Assembly: GCF_009914755.1 (NCBI RefSeq)
Contig: NC_060927.1
Strand: one strand, 5' to 3'
Source of the DNA: the human T2T-CHM13v2.0 reference genome, Homo sapiens
DNA: 64,000 nucleotides
Shown here one piece after another: positions 1 to 11,170 of the stretch (position 1 is the stretch's first letter; each line of letters begins with the position of its first letter). The notes under the pieces are model-generated. The model was not told the origin of the DNA. It made no database searches and saw nothing but the letters and a program-made list of their open reading frames with translations. Made by a program: the position numbers and the translations under genes.

Positions 1-309
1 TGTGAGAGATGTGTAGTAGAGAAAAATGACTAGACTTAGTGACAAGATGTAAGTGACAAATGAATAAGACGTGGCAAGACTATGAAAGTCCTAAGAAACA
101 TAAAAACAAACTGGTAGAAGATATCTTACAGGCAAATTTTGGCATATAGAAAAATAATGTGTTCACACTACCAGTCTAGGTGGACTTTGCATGTATGTAT
201 GGGAGGACAATATATAACAGAGGTGACTACCTCCTTTATACTCCATTGTGTTCTGACCTTTCCCTTGTTTTGGTTAAAGCCACGTGAGCTTTAGAATGGG
301 CTAAATATC

Positions 310-771
310 TATAGTGGGTTGAATAGTGCCCCCCCTCCAACAATTCATGTCAACCCCACACCTCAAAATGTGACCTTATTTGAAAATTGGGTCTTTTAAG
401 ATGTACTTAGTTCAGATGAGTCATGCTTGATTAGAGTGGGCCCTAAATCCAAAGACTGGTATCTTTGTAAGAGTAGAGGTGAACCAGATGGATGCATACG
501 TATAGGGAAGAACAACATGTGAAAAACAGAAGCAGACATTTAAATGAGGCAGCTATAAGTCAAGCAATGCTAAGGATTGCTGGAAGCCCCCAGAAGCTAG
601 GAAGACGCAAAGAAGGATTTTTTTCCCTAGAGTCTTCAGAGGGAGTATGGCCCTGCTGGCAGGTTGATTTCAGACTTCAAGCATCCAGAACTGTGAGAGG
701 ATAAATTTCTCTCATTTTAAGCCACCGAGTTTGTGGTAATTTGTTCCTGTAGCCCTAGGAAATTAATAACA
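310..771 (+). mobile_element. Solo MaLR LTR, MLT1C-like (ERVL-MaLR)
   Basis: Starts TATAGTGGGTTGAAT (consensus tgtagtgggttgaat). Contains AATGTGACCTTATTTG, GATTGCTGGAAGCCCCCAGAAGCTAGGAAGA and CCAGAACTGTGAGAGGATAAATTTCT, and ends GCCCTAGGAAATTAATAACA. ATATC occurs at both flanks (TSD-like). Confidence 0.85.
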
Positions 772-789
772 TATCTGAACTACAGCAAA

Positions 790-970
790 TAATAAACATT
801 GAACCATCAGTATGTGCTAGACATTGTACTGAATACTTTATTCAGATTACCTGATGGAATCTTATTTTGCTGAGATGATTGTCATATACTTTTAAAATGA
901 AAACACTAAGACTTTGAGGGGTTTTATTAACCCAGGTCATACTGGTAGTAATTTTTGAAACCAGGATTCT
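790..970 (-). mobile_element. MIR SINE fragment
   Basis: CATTGAACCATCAGTATGTGCTAGACATTGTACT...AAATGAAAACACTAAGACT...CCCAGGTCATACTGGTAGT resembles antisense MIR; heavily diverged. Confidence 0.6.
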
Positions 971-2118
971 TAAAATATCAGTTGGACTTAAGAGCCACCA
1001 AGCAAGTTATCTCTCAGTCATTCCATCCACTGCTGAGCAATTCCCAGAAAATGTATTTTCAGCTTTAAAATTCTCGAAAAACAAAACAAAACACTTTTTG
1101 TTGAGTTCAGATTCATCAATGGATCAAGGATTCCTAACCCAGATAATACTTCTTGTTCCTATGTTTAGACTCCTTGGTCTTCTGTGAGCCTCTGAGTCTT
1201 TGGGCATTACAATAACTTCATTTTGTTTCCATCTATCCTAATTCTTTAGGCTTTGGTATCTAAAGATTTTTGTAATCTCTAAAATTATTTTACCCAGGGA
1301 CATAAGTTGCGTGGATGGTTTAAAATACACACACTTACACAGATTTGAAGTCTTGGTGAAGCAATATGCAAAATTGTAAGCTTTTCTAATGATTCTTCTT
1401 AATTTATTATAATGCCTTTGATGGAATGCAAATCTGCAACGTGGAATTTCTGCTGTTTGTAAAAGAATAACATTGCTAAGTTTAATTTTTACGGAGAAAT
1501 ATTGACAGCATTGATAAAAGCTTAAAAATAGCTTTATTGTTATAGTTGTATATATTAAAGGTGAATGCATTGTCAAATGTCCAGGTCACTCACAATATAA
1601 ATGTGTATGTGGTGGGACCCATACATTGGTGGTTCTGTAATCCAATCATAGAAAATTTTTACTGATTACCAATTTCCATATTATGTCAAATGCTTCAAAA
1701 ATTCCATTTTACATTTGCATATCTATTTGTTTCAGATATTTCACCTATGGGACTTAAAGTTTCTGAATAGGTCAGTGAGGCAGAATTTCCTCTTTTTGCC
1801 CTCTATCTCTGACTTGTGTTTGGTGCTAGAAAAATGCATTAATTCGAAATACAGAAAAAAAAACTATTTATTGAGTGCCTACTATTGACCAGGTATTATT
1901 TTAGATATTGAAAATATAACATTGGAAGGAGTTCAGTGCATATATGCTTATATATTATTATATATCAATATACATGATTATATATAAATTTATCAATTAT
2001 ATTGGAAATACCAGGATACAAGAGAAAGAGTAAAACAAAATTGTAGTAGGAAATATCTTGTAGATAATATCAGTGATTTCAGATCTAAACTTTCATGCCT
2101 CATGTTTTGAGGTCTAAC

Positions 2119-2435
2119 ACACTACTGCCCCACCGCTCCGCCCCCCGCCGCAAAAATAGAATGAAAGCTACAAATTTGCACCACATATGTAATTTTAAAA
2201 TTTTTTAGTAGCCACACTAAAAGAAAAGAAATAGGTAAAATAGGTAAATGGCCATATTTTATTTCCAAAATATTATCATTTCAACAAGCGATCATTGTGA
2301 AAATGAGATTTTTACACCTTTTTCATTCTAAGCATTGAAATTTCAGTGGTATTTTACACTCATTTCAGACTAACCACATTTCAGGTTGCTCAATAGCTGC
2401 TTCAAGTAGCTAGTGGTCACTGTACTGGACAGCAC
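2119..2435 (+). mobile_element. MER33 (hAT-Charlie non-autonomous DNA transposon)
   Basis: CCACATATGTAATTTTAAAATTTTTTAGTAGCCACA...CCAAAATATTATCATTTCAACA...GCTAGTGGTCACTGTACTGGACAGCAC matches the MER33 body and right terminal repeat. The left end carries a C-rich insertion. Confidence 0.8.
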
Positions 2436-3239
2436 TTATCTAATGCCTTGATTGTTTGCCTTGTCTTTTCCATATGAAATGAGAGTATTAAGTAATTCAT
2501 ATCTTTTTTTCCTCACACGCTGCAAATAAAAAAATGAGGAAATAGGCAAATTGTTTTCTCAACTATTCCAATATAAAAACAAAATATAGTTATTTATTAA
2601 AAGGTCTTTCTTTTAAATAGAACAAAATGTTTAAAGCTTACTTACGGAACATCAGATTTGAGCACCTGTAGAAGATAATAAAATCTCTGATATATTCTCT
2701 TTGAAAATAATTGAGGAAATAATATTTTCTAACTTCAGAATTTTAAAGAGAAAGCAAACGTATCAATCTGGGCAAGGCTTCAAAGAGGCCATGATATGTG
2801 CCTTGAGAAATCCCTTGGCCATCACCAAGGGGCTATTCTGTCTCTTGGAGCGGCTCTGCAGAATAATTTTACCGTATAATCTGTGACTGTTTTCATTCCG
2901 ATATCATTCACATAGAGTCTTAGATGACAATTTCTCTTTTTCTAGGGAAAAATTTAGTACTATTTTATGCATAATGTAAGTTGTGTTATTACCAGATTTT
3001 TAAAGGAAATAGGTTTTTGAAACCCTTAGTTTCATTTTATTCTTGAGTTCTGATAAGTTGTATACATTTGTTAATTAAACATGACCATGAAACATAGCAA
3101 TAAAATCTGAAGAATGGAAAGAAAGATGGAGTTACTTTATAATTTTGTTTCTAATATTTTGTAAAATCATTTAAATATAAGATGGACTGTATTCAATTTC
3201 AAGTTTTTATTTTGGAAATGCACAAATCGTATAAAATAT

Positions 3240-3402
3240 TAGGACTTTGGATCCAGGTCCCACTAATATTGTGAGTTTCCTCATTATGAAATGGGAAATA
3301 CTACCTTTTCTGCAGAACTATTGAGAGGATGAGATGAAATAAATATGTGATAAATAGTATTGTGTAGCTATTACAGCAGGCTCTCAGTAAAGGTTAGTTA
3401 TC
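3240..3402 (+). mobile_element. MIR SINE fragment
   Basis: Core GAGTTTCCTCATTATGAAATGGGAATACTACC...TTGAGAGGATGAGATGAAATAAATATGTGA...CTCTCAGTAAAGGTTAGTTAT. Confidence 0.7.
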
Positions 3403-4117
3403 CTTTCTTCTCTACCACAATTACTGCTTCCTTTTGTTTTAAAAAATTCAGGTTCCTTCTTCAATCTGAAAAACAGCATGAGAAACATTTTTCATTATTG
3501 CATAAGGAAACCAAAAAAAGAAAAATACAAATTCTGTTTAAAAAATAATTCACCTAGAACAATATTCTGTACCTATAATTTACATAGAAATATAAATATA
3601 TAAAGGAGATGTGCAAAATGAGATGGATTTAGGTTCTTGTATTATGACTGAGTTCAGGAAGTAGTCAAAAAATTAAAAAGACATTTTTTGTAAAGAACAA
3701 TACTGCTCTTTGCTAACAGAGTAATGAAAAGATAAACTCACTGAGGAATAAAATCATAATCATTATGGTGTTAAAATAGATGATGTATATTTTTATTAAG
3801 AAAAGTACAAACTAAATTGTTGTTTACAATTATTTTCAAACATACCTCTAATATACCAGTGGTTAGGATAGTATTTTAAGGTAGTTAAGATAAAATATTA
3901 TCTCTCATTTAAATTGCTTAAACCCCCTTCACTAGGACCTTAAATGCCCCAGTAGGACATCTTAGCATAACTAGATGTTTTCCATCTTTTAATTACTATG
4001 ACTAATTTTTTACAGCTGAGTTACAAAACCTTGAAAATAATGAATATGGTGACACATTCTTAATTATAATGGTGCAAACAGCACCACTCTGATACAGTGT
4101 GAGGCTTACATTGAAAA

Positions 4118-4215
4118 GGAATTTCCCTGGAATTGAAGCTCCTCTGATTGCTTTCCACATCACGTTTTAAACAAACACTGTGATGCTTTAGCCATGACTT
4201 GGTTGCCTAGGATAC
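4118..4215. promoter_or_regulatory. Candidate enhancer core: NF-kB site, FOX-like site and RFX X-box
   Basis: GGAATTTCCC at 4118-4127 (reverse complement GGGAAATTCC), TAAACAAACA at 4168-4177 and GTTGCCTAGGATAC at 4202-4215, all in repeat-free sequence. Motif evidence only. Confidence 0.4.
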
Positions 4216-6195
4216 ACAGTTAATGTAGCCCTAAGATGCTGCTACTAGTTAGGCTTTGAGGCCGTGTCTGTAAGTGCTGCACATAGCTGCTTTTAATACA
4301 TTAGAAACATTTATGTAACAGGGACACTTTGCGGCTGGGTTCGGGGTGGGTAGTTGCAGTTTCATTCATGAGATAACCAGCTGTATATTTCAGTAGTTAC
4401 AGTGAAAATAGTTATTTTTATTTTAGTTTAGGTTAGTTTTTCTGTGAAAGAGGCAAAAAGTGACGGTTTTTTAAACAAATGCAAAATTGATTCAGTGACC
4501 TAATTCTAAGACACATTCTCAAAGAATTAAATTTTCATTGTTGAAGAACTGGAAAAGGTAACTAGCTAAATTACAGTGAGTCATTTCTACAAGCCTCTTC
4601 ATTTGATAGTGACTTTTATTAGTAGATGTTTATTTAGTCTGTGTGGTAAAACATATCAGTTTATTTTTATTAAGATATTTGAAAGTTTCATGTATTATAA
4701 AATTATTATGATAATAAAAATAAACATTAGCAAGATAATGTTTGTAACAGTAGTTAATGAGAGTATTGGTGATGAACCACAGAAATATATACAAATATGG
4801 TATGTACAGATTATACCTTTTATATCAAAAATTATCTTTCAATTTTTATAACAGTACATTTTTAATGTTTTTGGTTTAAATACGAGATGGAAATATAAAG
4901 CTGGTTATACATTTTAGCAAAACAACTTAAATCTGGTTTTAAAAATCAGTAGTCTTCTTGCTTCATTCCTATGAAAACTTGAATTGTCTTCTTGGCTGAT
5001 TGGAGTTGTTGAGTGAGTGGGAAGATCCAATTTGAACCAGCAGGTGGTGCTTGAGTTATAAATGCATTTAGAATAGATATTTTTTTGAAAATCTTGCAAA
5101 ACTTTCAGGAATGGTTGTTCTTATTTTCTATTTTATAGGGGTAATTACATTTTAGAAGGAAAATCTCATTTAGAGCTTCTGAATTATCACTGGAATTGAT
5201 AAGCTTAATGCCTTTTCATTCCTTCTCTCTTTCCCTTTCCCTTTTCTCTAATCATTGTTCCCTTTTCTGCAGTAGCTTTCAGCAGCTGTACTGTCAGGGA
5301 GGAAGGATACACTCTTTTCTCCACAACAGAGGGCCTGGGTGGTGAAAGTGGAAGATACTGTTCCAGGAGAGCTTCAGGCATATTGCCTGCAAGTGTACCA
5401 CTTTTTCTCCTGGGTAAGATTCAAGGAGGTTCCTAACTTCACCTTGAAATCTTGGTGCATGTTTATGACACCACTTTTCAAGTTCACTCTTCTGTATATA
5501 AACCATTTTTGCTGTGTATTAGAATGCAGCTCTCTTAATAGTGACTAATTTATTCAGTCTTCAAAAATGCATATGGTCCCAAAGGTAATAAAATTATGGC
5601 CTTTGACATTTGTCACGGGGGAGGAACACTGTTCGTGTAAAAATTCCTGCAAAAAAGCATTGTCCATACCACCAAATTCAACAAGAAAATAAAAACATTG
5701 TTTGATGGATAGTGCATTTTCAGTTTAGATGTACTAAATCTAGTGAATGAGCATAAAACCTAAATGACTAGGTTTTATGTCATTTGACATATCAAATGAC
5801 AAAAGATATAATATTACCGGTTATCTAGTGTTACTTCTTTCTGTGAGCACATCAAGTAGACTTTGCGGTTATATTTTAATTATTAAATACTAAAGCTAAT
5901 GAAAGTCCTGGATGTCTGCTATTCCTGCAGAAATAATCAGAAAGCATCTTATAATTACATTTTTTCATTATAGGAAATTCCTTTATTGGTTTTGTTAATA
6001 ACATTTGGTTTTATAATATTGATGGCTTTAGAATTATGATCATGTTAAGGCCTTAGAGCCTAATTTATTTGGCTGATCACATTTCTGACATTTTAGTTCA
6101 AGATAATAAACACTGTATATTCCTAAAGTGACATGCATGTTGTGTTTTCAGTCTATTGAGAATTATATCAGATAATTAGATTCTGTGGATAATTC

Positions 6196-6519
<324 letters not shown>

Positions 6520-9061
6520 TTATTAATTCACTAGTAACAAGCAATCTGAATAAATCACATTTTTCCCCTTAAGAAACTCTTTTTCTTCTATTTTTCCTCA
6601 GTAGGAATTTTCCCTGACAAAGTTAATATCTTCAACAAATTATTGCAATTGCTTTTTTCTGAACTCTGACTCAAAGTGATCAGGACAATTGGTATTAGCA
6701 ACGGCAGAATAAAGAGCATGGAATAATGGATCTTTTCTTAGATTATGTACAGGTCTCCATCTTTATGACTAATGTGGCACAACATTCTTCTCTGCAAAGG
6801 TTTTTCTTTTTCCTTTAAGAATTAAACTTAATGCAGTATTTGTCAGTTATAAATCCAGCTATGCAAATAAGGGTCCACTAGGACTCTGAAGAAGGGAATG
6901 AACTTCAGTTGCCCTTATGAGCTCTATTAATTTGCATGTCCATAGTAATATTCCAGTTTCCAGGTTCCTGTAACTATGTATGGGCATAAGATACAAAAAG
7001 TAAGATGATTCACTCAAATTCCAACTACTATTTTAAAAAGTAACAACCAAAATGCAAAGTTCTAGCAATATTTAGTCCAAAAAGTGAATATTTTGTTGTT
7101 TTAATACGTGGGAGTTTATTTTCATTCCTTTTCTCCCTTGCACATGGAACTACTGAAACACTTTTATTTTTTCCCAGTACATCTTTGGCCACTTGAATTT
7201 ATAGAGAAGAGAAGAGCAATGTAAAATACTAATGAAGCAATTCTTTCTCACATTTCAGACTGCTGCAAATCAAACTCAAAGGATTAGGAAAAAGACCCTT
7301 CTTACAAGTTTATAAGACTAAAATTTCTTACTGGTTCATGAAATACATTTAACTTCTCATTCTTCTGCAACATAGAAAGCTGTTGTCAGCTGGCTGATTT
7401 CTTGCATACCAGGCCAACTCTTCTGTCTCAAATCTGCATAGAGATAAGTTTGGAGAGGAGCAGAGTCCCTTTGGGGATGAAATTTGCTTTTGCTATTTTT
7501 GTTATTCCTTTTTCACAGGAGGCTGTATAATAATTTTCTGCCTAGGGTCTTGAAATAACATTAAAGATTGACAATTTGGTTAGACTTGTCACTCTTAGGG
7601 CCAAAGTTGACTCATATTGCACAAGGGACTGGTGACATTCACATAATTTTTTTAAAATACCTTTTGCATATAAATATTATTTTTCCAATTACAGGTGGCA
7701 TTTTGAAATGCTTTTTTGTGTTGTGAGTCATTCAAACATGTTATAAAAATATATATTTTATCTTTGTATCTTCATGCTTTCCTTGAGGGTGATTTTGGTT
7801 TTTGGAGTAGCTCTTAGAAACCTCTTTCTCAGGCAGACACCAAGCAGATGGAAGCACAGAAAAGTTGGAAGACTTCATGTTTGGGAGGTAGGCGCAGACT
7901 GAAGGAAGTGGATGCCCTAGGTTAGAGACAAGATAACAGCATTGTGAGAATAGAGTAAAAATGAATTCAGCTTGATTCGTTTCTAGCTTTATGTTGGCTA
8001 CTTAATACAGTATATAGAAGTGAGAATGCTTTCTACCTACCTTCTTTTCTTTTTCCTTTCTTCCTTTCTCCACTTCTTACTCACAGAAGTGAAATTGCTG
8101 ATTGATTTCTGTGCGTAAGAAAGGAGGAAATTTTTCCCGTCCCCCACTCTCCTTCCACCAGTCCTACAAATGTGATCACTAAGTTTAGGAAAAACATATG
8201 CACAGTTTGTGTGTAATGTTCTGGGAAGCATGAAGTCCAGGGGAATATGCTTTACAGATGGCTATGCAGAACCAATATCAAAAAAAATGGAGGGGAAATA
8301 TAAACATAGAAGGGGTCCAGAACATAGTTGTAAGATGAGATTCAGCCTTCTGACTTGTTTTTTATTTCTGAACAAAAATTGTTCCTTTGTGACTTCTGAT
8401 GAAGTCCTCCATCTTTTTAGAAGGGAGGCTTGGAGAGGGTTGCAGTATGAGAAAAGAGCCATTGCAGATAAAAAAAAAATAATTTTGTCTTGGAAATTCA
8501 AGTACCTACAAAATATTAAAGGTGCTAGTAAACCATTAAAGTGTAAAATAACCTTAAAATCTAAACCCAATTCACTTACAATATGATTATGACTTCAAAG
8601 TAGAAATATATATTTATATTTTTCATATACCTACCCACTAATGTTGGCCAAAATTGATCATTATTGATAAATTAAAACTATATACATTTGCATAATACCT
8701 CTGTTTAATTATGAGCAATATTGGTGCAGATAGTTTCAAAATGTAGCTGAGATTTTAATGGTGGCAGTAAATCAGAGATGTTCTACTTATTATTTCATTT
8801 TACCTACTCTAAAATGGCTGATAATTTTTACAAAGAATCTTTCTAATTATAGTAATATTACTAAACAGAACCCATTTTATTTAGTAGATCACATGATAAA
8901 TGCAAAAGCAAAAATCCACTGGTAGTTTATTTGTAATTTAGGTCTTAACTACCTAGAGAAATAGAGTGAACATGTGTCACTTGAGTTTCCACACTAGACA
9001 ACGAAAGACAACTTCCTGTATGATTGCTAATATAAAGCCTCCTCACTAAGAAAAAAAAAAA

Positions 9062-10665
9062 GTTTTATTGAGATTTAATTTGCTTACCAGACAATCCACC
9101 TATTTAAGGTGTATGATTCAGTGGTTTTAACTATATTCACAGAGTTGTGCAACCATCACCACAATACATTTTGAAACCATCACCACAATTTTCATTACTC
9201 CTAAATGAAACCCCATACCTATAAGCAGTCACTACCCATTTCCTCTCAACCCCTCACCTCTAGACAACCATTAATCTGTGTCTCTATAGATTGCCTCTTC
9301 AAGACTTTTCTTGTAAACAGAATCATATGATATGCAACCTTTTGGCTTATTGTGTTAGTGTAATGTTTTTAAGATTAACTCACATCATAGCATGTATCAG
9401 TACATAATTCCTTTTTATTGCACAATAATATTACATTGTAGGGATATACTACATTGTATTTATCAGTGACAGCTGATGGACTTTGAGTTTTTTCTACTTT
9501 TTGGTTAGTATAACTCATGCTCCTACGAACATTCATGTACAAGAATTTGCATGGACATGTTTTTATTTCTCTCAGATTGTCTACTTAGAAGTAAAAGTGC
9601 TGCACCATATGATAACCCAATATTTAACACTTTGAGGTACCAACAGACTATTTTCCAAAGTGGATGCATCATTTTACATTCTCACCAGCAGTGTATGAGG
9701 ATTCCAACTTCTCTGCATCCTCACCAACACTTGCTTATCTGTCTGTTTTATTATGGGCACTTAATGAATGTGAAATCATATCTCATTGGGTTTTGATTTG
9801 TATTTCCCTGAAGGCTAATGATGTTGAGAATCTTTTGTGTGCTTGTTGGCCATTTCTATATCTTCTTTGGAGCAAAGCCTATTTGGATTCTTTGCCCATT
9901 TAAAATTTTTTTTTAAATTTTTATTATTGAATTGTAAGAAAACTTTATGTATTCTAGACACAAGTCTTTTATGAGATACATGATTTGCAAATATTTTCTT
10001 TCATTTTATGTGTAGTCTTTTCATTTTCTTTGTTATAATCATTGTAATACAAAATTTTTAAATTTTTATGAAGTCCAGTTTATCATTTTTTTCTTGTTAT
10101 TTGTGCTTTTGGTGTCATGTTTAAAAATGCTTTGTCTAGACCAAGGTTGTGAAATTTTACTATGTTTTCTTCTAAGAATTTTATATGTTTTGTCTTCTCA
10201 TTTAGGTTCATAATCTATTTGGAGTTAATTTTGTGCATGGTGTGAGGAAGGAGTCCAAATTCATTTTTTTACATGTTGATATCCAGTTGACTCAGGACCA
10301 TTTGTTAAACAACTATTCTTTCCCCAATGCATTTTCTTGGAACCCTTGACAAAAATCATTTACTATAAATGTGAAAAGGTATTTCTAGTTTCTTGATTCT
10401 ATTCCATTGATTTATATGTCTACCCTTCTTCCAATACCACACAATCATGATTACTGTAACTTTGGGGTAAGTTTTGAAATGGGGAATTGTAATTCCTCCA
10501 ACTCTGTTTATTTTTGAGATCGTTTTGGCAATTTTGGGTCCCTTGAATGTCCATATGAATTTTAGGATCAGATTGTCAATTTATGCAAAGAGAGTATCTG
10601 GAATTTTGATTAAAATGTGTTGAATCTGTAGATCAATTTGGAGAGTACTGCCATCTTAACATTCA
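9062..10665 (-). mobile_element. L1MB-type LINE-1 fragment (3' UTR plus decayed ORF2 3' end, ~1.6 kb)
   Basis: TTTTATTGAGATTTAATT...TATATTCACAGAGTTGTGCAACCATCACCACAAT (L1MB 3' end), CATTTTACATTCTCACCAGCAGTGTATGAGG, and TTGAATCTGTAGATCAATTTGG (antisense ORF2). Confidence 0.9.
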
Positions 10666-10679
10666 ACTGGAAGAGGCAA

Positions 10680-11170
10680 AAACATTTGATATTAGAACAT
10701 GGAAAACTATAATTTGAGGTAGCTTAAGATAAGTGACATAAAAGATGTACAGTGAAACCCCCTTGCAGATTAAAAGGAGAAGGTTTTATCCATGGAGAAA
10801 GAAAAAGACTATTCATGGAGGAGGCTGTTCAAGAAGTATGACATAAACCTTGAGTTGTCTAGGATTTCATCAGGCTGTATTGGAAGAGAGGGGCATTGGT
10901 GAGAATATTCAAGATGGCACAAACAAAAGCTCCCCAAGCAGGAACTCATGAGTCGTACTCATGGAACATCAAACAGTTCAGTTTAGCTAGAGAATGGGAC
11001 GTGTGAAGGAAAGTGGTCAAATATTCCGCTCGAATAAAGGAGACCACATTGTGGGGGCCAGAAAAGCCAGCTTAAGGGGTTTAGCATTTACTTGGTAGGC
11101 ATTGCAGAACCTCCACAATATTTTGATTGAGAATATACTGTAATACTAGCTTGTAAAATCTGTTAGATGA
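10680..11170 (-). mobile_element. L2 LINE fragment
   Basis: Purine-rich antisense L2 pattern, e.g. GACTATTCATGGAGGAGG, CAGTTCAGTTTAGCTAGAG, CAGCTTAAGGGGTTTAGCATTTACTTGGTAGGCATTG. Confidence 0.55.

Noticed and set aside
7833-7887. 55-nt purine-rich plus-strand exon-like segment
   Set aside because: Short pyrimidine tract, moderate donor (GAG/GTAGGC) and no recognisable peptide in any frame.
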